Source: Balanoglossus misakiensis
Lineage: Eukaryota > Animalia > Hemichordata
Direction: 5' to 3'
Assembly (NCBI GenBank): GCA_040954595.2
Contig: CM082576.2
Coordinates: forward strand, 14,759,129 to 14,823,128
DNA length: 64,000 bases
Shown here: piece after piece, positions 23,706-37,308 of the stretch
Layout of the letters: each line of letters begins with the position of its first letter
How positions within the stretch are numbered: the stretch's first letter is position 1
Program-made: the position numbers and the translations under genes
The notes under the pieces: generated by a model
Told to the model about the DNA's origin: nothing
Databases searched by the model: none
Seen by the model: only the letters and a program-made list of their open reading frames with translations

Positions 23706-26700
23706 TTATCGCATGCCCAAGAGCTGTCTGCTTTTCAACCGTGAGGTAAGTTCTGCATTTCTGAGTTCCAGGCCGCGTAGCTTTGCCCTGTGAAGTCTGT
23801 TCCTCAGTTCATCCATCTTATCAAGTGCGTTGTCGTTTTCCCTGGACTGTAATGTATTCGGAGCATTTTCCTTGCCACCTGCGTTCGGTCGCGATGCTTT
23901 GGATTTGTTCGATTCATCAAGTTTTATGCATTTTGGATGGAGGTCATCGCACAATTCTGTAGGTAAAAGTAAGAACAGTTAATGGCTACTTTAATTTATT
24001 TCAAACATGAAAAATCTTTACACGAATGGTTCATGATTCAACATTGTGGGCCAAGAAAGCTCTGAAGCAGCTATGCAGATACTTTAAAAACTTGCCAAAC
24101 GTGCAAAATTATGCAGGGGGTCTCACAAGGCTAATTGACAAAAGGGGCTTCGTTTTTTCACAGCTATCTATTTGATTACCTCAAGTCCCTTAAATTAGCA
24201 TAACAATTATGTATGTAAAATTGCCAAGTGATAATAATGCAGTCTTGTGAGGAACACAGCCAAATTTTAATTAGCAAACTAGTTTTGAGCTGGAGGCGTG
24301 TTGCGTAGTAGTGTAAATCCAATTATTCTAGTAGTAAACTACTTGTGATGCATTGCACCATCCTAGACGCATGGTTAGTAAACCAGGTATGCTGTATCTC
24401 TGGGAAGATCATGGTCGCATTCTTAAGTCTTCAGTATCTTTACCCTTGCTTGCAAATGTCCTAAATTTTGTTTTATGGCATTGTCAAGCCATGGGAGAAC
24501 TGAGTACAGATATTTGAGATTTATCACATCACAAGCCATTGAAAACTAAAAGCACTGGTCAAACTAACAATACACCAAAAAGCTGATAAATATCTTTTAT
24601 TATAAACTAATTCTTGACGAAAAAAATATACAAGGAAATCCACAAAAAGACAAGTACAGTTATACAAAACAATAAAATAGATTTTTAAATTTTTAAATAA
24701 AGTTTTACAAACAATGGAAGATAAGTTTGTCAAATGAGCTGGTTGCATTGCACAATTACAAGATTGCACTTTTAAACACTGGCTGAAGTATTCACAAGTT
24801 ACTTGTCTGTTTCTGTTTTGACCGATTCAAACAAGCGTATGCTTTTCATTCTCTTTCTCCCTGTTTCTGCGCACAAGCATTTTGTTATAGCACTTCAGAG
24901 CAGTACCTTTTTCCATTTTGAGTTCCAGGACACGGTTGTTCAGTCCAAAGCTTACTGGGTCTTTCATCATGGCTTCAGCTCTGGAAAACACAAAAGTGAA
25001 ATCAAAAAGTTGCACTAAAAGTTTGCAAAAGGATCATTCGCATGTATGAATATTCTTGAATTACTGTACATGCAACCGGGTTTCAAAGGAAATATGATTT
25101 TTACTACTGAAGTCAAAAAACTTCTGATAAAACCAAGTACATGTGACTGTGCACAAATCAAAAATCAATGTCACAGTCACATGTTTGGTCATACTGACCA
25201 TGTTATTTATTTACTCCAATTATCGGTACACATTTTTGATCAAAATAGTGTTAATAACGGATGCCAACGATAAAGATAATGAAACAGTGAAATATTCAGA
25301 GAACACTGAAATTAATTGCGGCGAAATAGTCACCTCTTGATATCGCGAAAATTCCTTGTCACAAACATTTCCAGGTATACAGTACAATGTATGTACATGA
25401 CTCATTTTGATAGACAAGGTGAATACAAGTTTTTGGGCCTGGCCAAAAAAATTCCTACCTGGCAACTTTCTCTTCAAAAGCCTTCTCCCTTCTGGTTAGT
25501 TCCCTTGACCTCCTCTCCAGTTCTCTCTCCTTGTCTTCCAGCTGCTTTTCCTTGCTCACCAAAGCTTCTTCCTTCTTTGTCAGAGATACCCTCCTCTCAA
25601 TGCTATCACTGTCCCTCTTCTTGGAAGAGAGGCACGGCATTCTGAGCAGTTGCTCTATGCTGGGCCTGAGGATGTCCTGTATATTGGAAATGAAGATGAT
25701 ACATTCAGTGGCATTGTACTGGATACATTGCAAACTGGGATCCAGTATTATTACGACAAAGGTATACAATGAAGTTAATTTTCAATGTGCTATTTGGTAT
25801 CAATATCTTTGCCATTTCACATAAACCCAACCCTGTCTGATCTGGAAACCTGTTTGTACCAAAAACATTTTCCAATCTCAGACCCTTCCACATAAAATCA
25901 CATGTTGAAAGGACCTCTATAAACCTGACACCCAGCTGCAAACCAAACAATTTCTTCAGTCCCAGTGGTGTCTGGTTTAGACAGGTTTTACTGTATTTCA
26001 ATATGTAACTAAAAGACAGGACTTTCCACAACTTCTCTTGGCCATCCAAGCAGAAACCACCAATACTTACATTTATTTTCAGCATGCTAGAAATGACATC
26101 ACTGAGTTCATCTGAGTACTGGGCTGGTATACGACGGAACTTGCCTTCTCGTATTTTTTCAGAGAGTGCCTTCTGATTCAAAGCTGTAAATGGTGGACTG
26201 GGATAAAACAATTTCAAATTAGATGACTTCAAAGTGAAACATTCCAGTTTAAAAATCATATCTTGTGACCTTGTATTTATATTAACAATGTAAAACTGTA
26301 ATTGGGTGAACACGCATACATGTATAGGATTATAACACCACTTCTAGTACTTTTTTCATGGAATTTTGCTCATTGTTCAGCTAAATGAAATTAAATACTT
26401 GAATAGAGTCTTATGGTTGGTGTGCCTAATTTTGATTTAAACTTTGTGAAACATGTTTGCCCACAAGTAGGAAAACTATTATGAAAAAATGCTGACTCGG
26501 CAGTTTTTGTCATTGTTTGCTTTTAAATTAACTGTTGGCCAAATTCACAGCCTTATATTTCATAAATTAGCAAGGTATCCCTTAAATTTTATTGCAGACT
26601 TTAGCAATTAAAAGAAATGACAATATTTTCACTTTACTGACTGTACAGCCTAGGGTAAGTAAAACCCCCAAATTTCAAGATGCACCTACATCCTACCTTA

Positions 26701-29548
26701 GAGCACACAGTTCATAGAGGAGACAGCCTAGTGACCATATATCCGATTTGTCATTGTAGGACAGATAATTGACTTGTTCCTGTCAAAGAAATCCAGATGT
26801 GTTAAACTGTTTGAAGTCAGATGTAATCAATGTAAATTCTGTTGGCAGTTCAATCACTTACTTTGAATTGTAAAGTTAGTGATGGATCATTGCATTCTCC
26901 GTAAAATCTCTGTACGCAGAATGGGATCACTGCCAAGTTTAAAACTGTTTTGGCACTGGCACTGCCAAGTACACCAGGGTTATGTAACTTGGATAGTCAC
27001 AAGTAATGCAAAGTTGTCAGTTGAATCATAATGAAATTTTCGTCTCAAACTTTATTAACTGTTGAAAGAAATGAAACCTCCTTGGCTTTTATAAAACTTT
27101 GTCAGCTTAGTTATCTTACTATGTAATATGAAAACAACTCCACAAATTCATAAGATCACCTTGACAATTTGAAATTATTGCACAATTCAGTACTTACAGG
27201 TGACATGTAATAAGGTGTACCAACAAAGGTTTTTGCAAAACTCGAATCATGACTCAGAACTCTAGCCAGACCAAAATCACCGAGTTTAACATTGTGCTCC
27301 TTATCGAGGAAAACGTTTGCTGGTTTCAGATCTCTGTGAAGTATTGCCCTGCCCTCCTGTCGACGGTGACACTCCTGTAGGGCCAGAGTCAACTGCAGGA
27401 AAATCTTCCAGATGAATTCTTCTTCAAGATATTTTCTGGGGAAAAAACAAAAGATAGTAAATATGCTATACTTTTTAAGAACGAGTTCAGATAATATTAC
27501 TGCAGTGCGTATCTCAGAGTAAGTGACTACAGTAGTCATTATGCAGAGAAATTATTTTTACAATTAACAATGGGAGATCTCTAGCAATGAACATGTACAT
27601 TTTGTAGTTCTGCATTTTTCTTGTGTAAGTGTTGTACATGTAGACAAACTGTCAATGGGGTAAAAAATGACAATTGTCACTTTTTTTCTGTAGAAGGGTG
27701 TTCAAAAATAACAATCATTCTTCCAGAAAGATGTAAAATACACTTGCCTGTCTTTACGACACTTTGATATGAGGTTAGCTAAATCTCCACCTTCACAATG
27801 TTCCATTACAAGGTACAGCATTGTATTACTCTTGTCAATAATGCGGTCACAGTATCTGACAATGTACTTGTGTTTCAGCTCTCTCAACAAATTCACCTCA
27901 GAGACAAGCATCTGTTTTTCAGACTCGGTCATCTTGCCGTAGTCCATCTCTTTCCATACCAAGATCTGCAAAAACGTGAATGTGAAATAGAAATTATAAT
28001 ATATCTGTCACAAAACATTGTGTACATGTATATTGTACAAAGAAAATACTTTTCAGTTCACCTTTTTATTTTCTGAAATAGTAGAAGATACAAGTGTATA
28101 CATGTACAGGTATGGTATCTACCGGTATAAACACTGAACACTTTCATTCAATTTGTATAATGATGCATGCAAATCACTGTCAAAAGTCAACTCTGGACTC
28201 TGCTGTCAAAAATATATTTTCACTGAATAAAATGCAATGTTGAAGGTGTCACTCATGTTTTGCGAAATTATGAGCATCTCTACCTACCGGTACATTTATA
28301 CCTAAACTGCTTTGTAATCCAAGACAAGTAAAGTTACATTTGTTATTATAGTGTAGTGCCCTTGAAGTTGAGGTTGGTTTTCAAAAAGGCTCTTTACATG
28401 TTGCAAAATGATGTGCCCTCAACTGTTTAGGAGGTGATGATATTGTGTTGCCGGCTTTGCAGACTCACAGACCAAGTTTCACTTGGCCATTGAGGGCACA
28501 CATTCAATCAGACAATAAATCTGCATAGGTGAGTGATATTGTCATAGATGTTAGATTTAGATGTTCATTTTGTCACACTTCTATTTGGAAAATAATATGC
28601 AGTGTCACATTTTTTTCATTGTAAAATAGCCTGAAACGTGTTTGACTACATGAGCTTATAATAGCCGCAACTTTTTTATTGCTAGCCTACTAGTATGCTC
28701 AGCTGTCACTATGGTGATTACATTTCTGTAGCGTGTTTACATTGTTGTTGACAAATTAATTCAAGTCCAGACTTGAATTCAGTTTTCAATAACTTACAAT
28801 GTTGTGCGTTCTCATAAAAAAAAGTTGGGTTGTATTTGATTCACAAAATAAACATTGCAGAAACAGCCCAAACTTGCAGCCAAATATATAGCTGGTACTG
28901 TGTGTCTGAGCTTGAGCTACATGTAAGTAATGATATCAGAAATTATCAATATTTACACCTGGTCTATTTATGAATACATTACATTTTGGGGTTTATATTA
29001 TAATAAATTATATTAAATTATACAAATGATCAAGAATTATTCTTACGTTGTGGAATTAATTGGACAAAGAATAAAGCAAAGCGACCAAGTACCCGTGTGT
29101 ACCCGTATCCCCCTATTATGCAAATTTAGTGCAGCTGTGGTGCATGTACATGTATCTCCAGGCCAAGATGTGTGCATGGTTGGATGAGTATCAAAACACT
29201 CCATGAATTTGAATGGGCCATTGAGTGACCAGTGCAAAATAATGCCCTGCAATACATCAGTGAAAATAAAATAAAAACAAAACAACAAAATTGCAGAATG
29301 TCCGCCAAGGTAAATAAAATTGTCAATGCAGTTATATATGCAGGAAGACGGAAAAAAACGTGCTACGAGCGAGTTGTGTTGTGGCATGTTGTATTGTAAC
29401 AATAACCTGTGCAGTGAATATGAAATGCGAAGGCTTTCAGTAATTTACTCACCTTTCCGTCATTTTTCCTCCGAATCTTTTTGCATTTACCGTAAGAACC
29501 CGATCCGATGGTATAGAGTATCTCGTAATCATCTAATCTTGACGGCAT
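23706..29548 (-). CDS. NEK2: NIMA-related kinase 2
   Basis: Exons 29453-29548, 27748-27965 (GC donor), 27198-27435, 26697-26779, 26071-26197, 25459-25676, 24907-24980, 23706-23956. MPSRLDDYE, GSGSYG, LVSEVNLLREL, HRDLKPAN, DFGLAR, GTPYYMSPEQ, coiled coil, KEN box and C-terminal LKSRQLLGMR. Confidence 0.96.
25825..25995. mobile_element. Tc1/mariner-like MITE remnant in a NEK2 intron
   Basis: End reads TACAGTAAAACCTGTCTAAACCAGACA on the minus strand, with internal AAACCTG repeats. Confidence 0.45.
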
Positions 29549-29970
29549 GTTGACTAATATTTCAAGTCCTTGGAGCTGTAGAGTCAGTCACTGGTATTGA
29601 ATTGTTTGTATGTACAGCGTCTTGTAACTTGAACAATTTCAACGTGGTGGACGTTCGGTTTTATAACTACAATAACTGCAATATGCAGACCAGGTTGCTT
29701 CTTGAGTCTCCGCGGTGTACAACTTACACTTCCGCGACGACAGGAATCCTTTCCAATAAAAAGTTACTTGAAATATCGACAGTAAAGGACACAGGTCAAC
29801 GCGTAATACACAGCACCAGTGGACACGCTCCTACTTCCAAGATTTAAAATTCCGACCAAATTCCTTTACGGTGATTGGCTAGAATTTCTCGAATCTTATT
29901 CGCGATTGGCTAAAATTTGCATAATTTGGAACGATGGGAACGCCGCTTGATAATGACGTCATTTTCCAAG
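29549..29970. promoter_or_regulatory. Bidirectional promoter NEK2/ATXN3
   Basis: 422 bp between start codons; ATTGG at 29874 and 29905, TTTAAA at 29843, TGACGTCA at 29954, ETS-like CACTTCCG near 29727. Confidence 0.75.
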
Positions 29971-32900
29971 ATGGAGGCCATCTTTCACGAAAAGGTGAGT
30001 AGAAGTAGAATAAACTGATCATTTTCGAAAGTGCACGACTTTTACTTCGAGTTTGTAGTAAAGAGGCGGTCTTTTTATCGTTTACGACCTGTCTGCACAA
30101 TTAGGTACCGAAGAGAAAATGCTTCCAAGCGTTGGTTGACGAAAGAGCAACGTGACACTTCACCTGGATCGTACACTCCTACTCCTACTGGACTCTTGAG
30201 TGTTTTTGCCCGTTTTTAGAGAAACCATCTGTCCTCCACAATAATCATGTTGCCATCAAAGTTACTCTTGTGCAAGCAGTGTTTTCATCCCAGATCGTAT
30301 ACTGCGCCCCATGTAATTGTAGCTGCGATAACTGCAGGGTTTTGGATGGTTGTTGAATGTTTAATGATAGTATGTGTACATGTATGCATGGACGTCCATG
30401 ATGTATGTAGCATGAGTAGTGTACTTCCGTTTTCTGACAACCACTGCACTGAACAAGGCCTGGCCAGGTCGGGTAGCTAGGGTTAGCTGCAATAATTGTT
30501 GCAGCTAAGCTAGGATAACCCGTGGACTGGTACTTCACAGTCCATGGACAACCCTAGACCCATCGGCGGAAGTGAGAACGGGTTGTTTTAGGCAGCCCCC
30601 GGGTGTGAAAACAGCCCGTCCTCACCCACCAGTTGGTCCAAGTCCAAGTAGTTCTTGGAAATGGTGTTGATGGAGGTCACACCTGATAACGTGTAACTGT
30701 CCTGAAAAACAACACTCATACATTCACAGTTCTAATAAAGTCGAGAACTAAGTTCAATCTGATGGAAAGATCGGTCCAAGCAATGCATTAACACATGAAA
30801 CTGGATGGAGATTTATCAGAATAGTATTATATCGAGAAATTATATTTATAAATGAGAGACAACTTATTTATCATGACTAAGAACAGAATAAACAACATCT
30901 CACTTTTAATGCTATTAAGATGGTTATGGATTTTACCTGCTCCATTTTCAGTGCCATAGACATCATCATATCGTATTTTTACCTAAACTGAGATTTACCC
31001 ATTCTTCCTACAGCAAGAGGGGTCTTTGTGTGCACAACATTGCTTAAATGCTCTTCTCCAAGGTAAGTAGAATTGTGACACCATTTTTTCATCCCTTTCA
31101 GATTTGGATATTAGTAACTTACCCAAAAGGGTTTTAAAGTGGGAGATGTTCATATATACTAGTAGTTGGCAGATTGTTATTTGAAATGTGTGCATTTCAA
31201 CCAAGTTGATCATGATGGCCAACATTATTGTTTTGATGTCTTTGGACCACTATCTTAAAACCGTGTATTCAAATGTGGTGATATTCTTCTGTTAACCAAG
31301 TTGTCAATGCCAGGTTTTCACGTTAATTCATTGTTAACATGGATATTTCATTGAGTCTTAATGTTAGCATCTTGTTTCCCACTGAAACGAAATTAGATTT
31401 GTTCTAGAAATCTGATCAACAACGAAAGCCATGCTTTAGTGAAGCAGCTGATGGCTGTAGGTGTCTCATTATGTTATGACATCCAACCTTGTGAATGCCC
31501 ACACTTACTAAAATGTTTTTCTTTTTCAAAGGAGAGTATTTCACAGCCGTGGATCTTGCCACACTAGCAAGAAAATTAGATGAAGAAGAACAGGTTCGAA
31601 TGGCTGAAGGAGGTATCACGTCACCAGAATACCTTAAATTCCTTGAGGTAAATAAACTTGTTTACATGATCCAGTAATGGTATACTACCGGGTATAACAT
31701 ATTGAATGAAATATACTGAATCATCATCCAACAGTGTTACAGATGAGTTTAGTTCTCAAAGTTGTTTGTGATGTTTTGAAATGGGGCAATTGAATCAGTC
31801 AGCATCCCTGTCTGCCTGTATGTCTGCCTAAATGTATTGTATATGTGTGTGTGTACATACGCACAATTCACTAATGTGAAAACTGCTGCATGTATCACCA
31901 TGGTATTTGGGTGTGCTGATGTTTTCTTGGCTGCGGTGGAATCTTTTCATAACTATTCTTTTTTGATATGCATGTAAAATTTGTAATCGTAATAGGAACT
32001 CAGTGGCATTGAAATTATTTTTAAAAAATTCTATCAGGATAACACAGCTGATGTCTTCGATGCTTAGTACACAAAAGGAAATTTAATTTTTGTTTGTTAA
32101 GAACAGACATTTTTTTATATTTCATAAAGCAACCATCAGGTAACATGGACGATAGTGGCTTCTTCTCAGTTCAAGTTATCAGTAGTGCATTATCAGTGTG
32201 GGGATTGGAACTTGAACCGTATTACAGTGAACCTGGTATATCAGTGGAAAATCTAGACCATATGTGAGTAAAACAAAGTTTTTCACTCCACTAATCATGT
32301 GAAGTTAATCTGTTATCTTAAAGCCCCAATAGCTGCCACTTTTGCCATATTTTTCATTAATGAAATTTTTCAAGCTATTTAAAAAAAAAAATTTAAAGTT
32401 AAGATTTTGGAATAATTTTTTTTTCTGGATCGAGAACACTGTAAAACCCGATGTAGTAGGTACGCATTTAGGTAATAATATTTCCCCAGTAAAATATTGC
32501 TCCCAAATATTAGAGATTTACTTACTACTTCAAATTATTGACACCGAGAGTAGGATTTTTTATACACCATCAGATGATTAACTTGTTTTTCTTCTTTTGT
32601 TGCAAGACTAGGGAAAGCCCTTATATGTAACTACAGAGAACACTGGTTCACAGTGCGCAAGCTAGGTCATCAATGGTTTAATCTCAACTCTCTTCTCACT
32701 GGACCTGAACTTATATCAAATACATATCTATCCATGTTTTTAGCACAGCTACAACAAGAAGGTAAGACTTTGTGATCAAAGATTTAGTTTTTTGTGTATG
32801 TTGTTAATAATATGACTCTTCTACTTATCTATAAGCTAGACCATATTGTATGATGTAATACATGTATATAGTGAACATTATCATATCCTCATGCCCAAAT

Positions 32901-34617
32901 AACCTCTTCCTTACCTCTTCCCCTTGTATTTACTTGTTAAATTTCATTGCAATATAAGGATGTAAAGGTGTATAAATTACAAATCTGGAATTTCAGTTAT
33001 CTTCCAAGACTAAGTCCTTCACATTTTAGTTATACATGTATAATGTAGTTTTTGTTCACCATAATTTGGCTTTAAAACCCAGTGATTCCGATTGAGATGT
33101 CTCACAGAATCTATTTATCTTTTTAGGGTACTCCATATTCATAGTGATAGGTAATCTACCAGAATGTGAAGCAGACCAGGTACTTCAGATCGTAAGAGCC
33201 ACTCAGGCAGAGAGACCCAAACTACTCAGTGAACTTAAAAAACGGGAGAATAAGGCCAGTACTAGCAGAGCGTCACAATCCACCTCCTCTTCCTCCTCCT
33301 CATCGAGAGCAGCAGCATCATCATCGTCATCATCACAGAGAGTCATGATGGAAGATTTACAGAAAGCTCTCCAGGCCAGTCAACAGTACCTGGACCCCGA
33401 GGATCAGAGTGAAGAGGAGCAATTACAGGAGGCTATTAGACTCAGCATGCAGGGTGAGTAGAGGTTTGTGTCTTCAAGAGGCTGTTAGGAGTAGCTATGC
33501 TGTGTAAGTACTGATGTGTCTACTGTAGACCCATTGTCTCAGAACCTTGGATTGGAGGTGTAGGGGAGAGACACCTCTGGTGGCCATTTTGTATTTGTAC
33601 AATAGCTGCAGTGCTCATCACATTTTTTTAAAGACAATTTAAAAAAAAAATTTCCATCAAATTTGGTACACATGTTCGTTCTGCGTCTGAATGGCTAGAC
33701 CTGATTAGATTTTGGCAGATGCATAATTAATGACTTGGCGATCAGACATTATGTCAGTCTTATCCAAAACACGACAGCAAATATTTATCGGGAAAGTAAC
33801 TAACCACAAAGTGTCTGTGACATTCACAGGGCTAGAAGAAACTGAATCACCACAGAACACCAAAAAACTTGACATAGAAGAAGTTAGGCGAAAAAGACAG
33901 GAGTATTTTAGCAGGTAAGCTATTGAATGATATTGATATACCTGCGGGCTGGACAACATTTGTTTGTCAACAGTTTATCAGAAACGAGACAACAGAATTC
34001 ATTTTGATGTAAAGCTTGTATATTCAGTGTGTCAAACAGCTGACCATGTATTTCATGTGGGAGACTGTAACGGTACACCCTGATATTTTGAGCGGTTTGC
34101 AACATGTGCACACAAGTGATAGAGATTACAGTGTACATGTATATGGAGTGAACTTTTCACAAGCGAGTGTTATAAAAATACATTGGGGTGGTTTATTGCG
34201 GTTATATTGTACCAGTATCGAAATTTGGCATCAAACATTTACAAAAATGATTTTTCTTTGCACAGGTTCCAACCATAGCATATCATATAATTTTTGTGCG
34301 TATACCATTTGTACTGGTATAATATAATATAGATGCAACTCCTGAACACTGTTTTCTACATAAATAAATTGATATGTGGTCTGAACTGCAGGCAACAAGA
34401 GGAGCAAAAGAAACAATCAGAAGAAGAAATCAGGGATGATATCAGCGATAAACTACAAGCAGACGACGAGGAACTGTCTCTAAGTTCTCAGGATTCGCAA
34501 ACAGAAAGGACTTGTCAGGAGGTGAATGACAGCATGGAAGGAAAAGCCGTCAGTGATATGACCGAGGATGAAATGCTGCAGGCAGCCCTGGAATTGTCCA
34601 TGAAAGCAGAGGGATAA
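29971..34617 (+). CDS. ATXN3: Ataxin-3 (Josephin deubiquitinase with UIMs)
   Basis: Exons 29971-29994, 31014-31062, 31532-31647, 32130-32263, 32607-32761, 33127-33453, 33830-33914, 34392-34617. MEAIFHEKQEGSLCAQHCLN, NMDDSGFFSVQVI, EHWFTVRK, WFNLNSLL, UIMs (LQKALQAS, LQEAIRLSMQ, EDEMLQAALELSM), VCP-binding EEVRRKRQEYF. Confidence 0.96.
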
Positions 34618-37308
34618 AACTCTGGCCAACCCTTCCAAAACATCCACTATGCAAAGTCTGTGATGTGTTGCGTGTATTCAACAGTGTCACTTCTGCATAT
34701 CATCGCGAAATTTACATGTTTGCTTTGGAAAACTTATTGTGTGTTGCCGATCCGTCATTGCTCCCTGCTTGGATGGAGTTCTAGTGAGAGTACTTATGAA
34801 TCTAATTTTTGTCAACTCTTACGCTGTATGTCATTGCCAATCAACCACAAAAGATGATTTCCAGCTCACTGCGAGATCTCGCAAGACTTGGTTAATTAAT
34901 CGTAGCTATTGTGTGCTATCCAAGTAATACAAATCAAGCTTTGTGTGAAACTAGAATATATCACAGAGTATATCCAAAATTGTAGCTTTTGCATTGTTTA
35001 ACACGATGGGCGTTCTGGTATGTGTCACATTCAAATGTCCGCCCATATAAACTGCCTAGAGATCTCGCTGGGTCTCATGAAATTTAGAAATGTTGTCATT
35101 GTTTTGCCTGTGGATGGCTTTTATCTTGCCAGTGTTTTACTTTGAAAACACTAAACGTGACCTTATCAGTTTTTTTCTAAAGTGCGGGTACTGATGTACA
35201 TGTAATAGGACTTGTCACAGTGTGCCATTATTAAGAAGACTGGTCTGGGCCAGGTGTCATCCATCACTTCATCAAATACATGTGACATTATGTAATGTTT
35301 GAATTATCACAGCTTACTACAATATTATTCTTCATAAAAATATTGTCCTGAATTCCAGAAATGTGATGCGGTATCAAGAGAGGCCCCATTTGGCTTTTAG
35401 TGTTAAATTTCGCTACAAAATCATTTTAACTGAATGTCTCAAAATAATGTTGGACACTATGTGTGCCTGTAGTGCCTACAGTGAATACTGAGTCCTTTTT
35501 TAACTTTGGTGAAATTTGCTAATTAACTCGCTATTTTGTACAGCAAGTACATAAGCAGTATCCTGAGTCATTTCTGTATATATCAAATAATCTCTTCTGC
35601 ATATTGCAAAACTGTCTTTTAATGTCTGTTGGTTAATGTTGATCAATATTTAGGTGGCATGAAAGCGAACTGTTATATACTAGTATTTACTTGTATACAT
35701 GCCACCTGGACTTTTGTGCCCCATTTGTTTATTGTCAAGCTCAGTTTAATTGAGGAAATATGAATTGAAGTTCACACAGAACAAGCTACATTGTAAGTAA
35801 TAATAAAGGACAAGCATTGGACTTGTTAATTATAAAATCTCTTGGAATTATTTACACGCGCAGCCTGGTGCCTTGAAAGCCTAGCCCTTTAGCAGATGAT
35901 CAGTTATTCTCATAGTCATCATATATAGTTGTCAACTTGAATTTATTTCCAAAAAATATTGTGTCACATATAATGACTAAGTTTAATACACAGCTTGTGC
36001 CTGCCATGTCAAGAAAGATATAAAAAAAACGTGGAGTTGTACATGAAATAAATACGAATACAATCTACCGGTAATAGCATAAGGACATTGCTCCCATTTG
36101 ATCAGAACTGGTACATGTACATGCAAGATTGGCATATTGCAACAAAATACAAAGTATGATGTGGATGGAAAGCAGATAAGGAAAGGCAGTTCATTGAAAC
36201 TTTCTTCCAAGGCCAGGGCAGTTTATTATGGCCTTGAAATTCCACTTAGTACAAGCTTACATCATTTTGAGGTAGCATATTTGGATATAAGAAAAAGAAC
36301 GGATAATATTTTGGACTTGGATAGCAAGAAATACAATAGAGAATATAAAATTTCAAGAGATTTTAAATAATTACTTGTATATTTGTCAGTGCAACCTACA
36401 AAACAACAGTTGCCTATAAAATTTCATTTCATTATTTATGTACTCTTTTGTACAAATGAAACCTCCCAATATTTAAAAAGAAATTGACAAGATCTATGAG
36501 AAAGATACTCTCTTGCATCCATCTTGGTATGGCAATGATGATGCCTCCCTACTGTGATGTCAAAGTTGGGTTGAAGGCTGTGATGAACCATTCCTTATAA
36601 TTAAACCCTAATGCTGCCAAGTCAGTTGAAACTGGTTTGGTTTCCAGGGTGCCTAGAATCCTGGCTCTCAGGCCTGTTAGACTGCCAAGTGCATGTTACT
36701 CAGTATACTAGACCCTAAGACCAATACAGTGCAAACCAGTGCGATTTGGTACATTTTACGGGGGGTTCAAACTGCCAAGTGTGTCCAAGTACGTATGAGA
36801 GCCATGTCAAGACAGTTAAAATAAGAAGAAAAATGGCACATACGTATTTTAACGGACTTGACACTCTAAACGGGCATTAAGTACATACACATTGATCTTA
36901 GAATCACCCATGATTTAGCAGGAAGCTACAAGACTGCTTCAACCGTTTCTACTGGGAAAGTGACAGGTCGGCCGGTCTCTCTGCATTAAAGAACACAATC
37001 TCACCACAGTACACGTATAAACCCTAGTGTATGGTTTAAATTTGTGACGTCTCTATGATTATGAAGTAAAATGTAAATGTGTGAAAAAAAGACAGTGTCA
37101 TACTGAAAAGCACAGTTCATTGATTGCATGCAGGTTAAAAATCTGATTTTTTCAGCAATGATGAGAACCTACTACTAAAATGATTATTACTGAGATGTCT
37201 TTTCCCTACTTTTTTTCATACATATGCTGAACATTGCACTTTTTAAAGCTCCAAACCCCAGTTCATTCTTACTTATTTAATTATATAAAACTTGACATGT
37301 CTAGTGGA

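Noticed and set aside
25705-26313. 202-aa minus ORF
   Set aside because: NEK2 exon 5 plus intron and MITE read-through.
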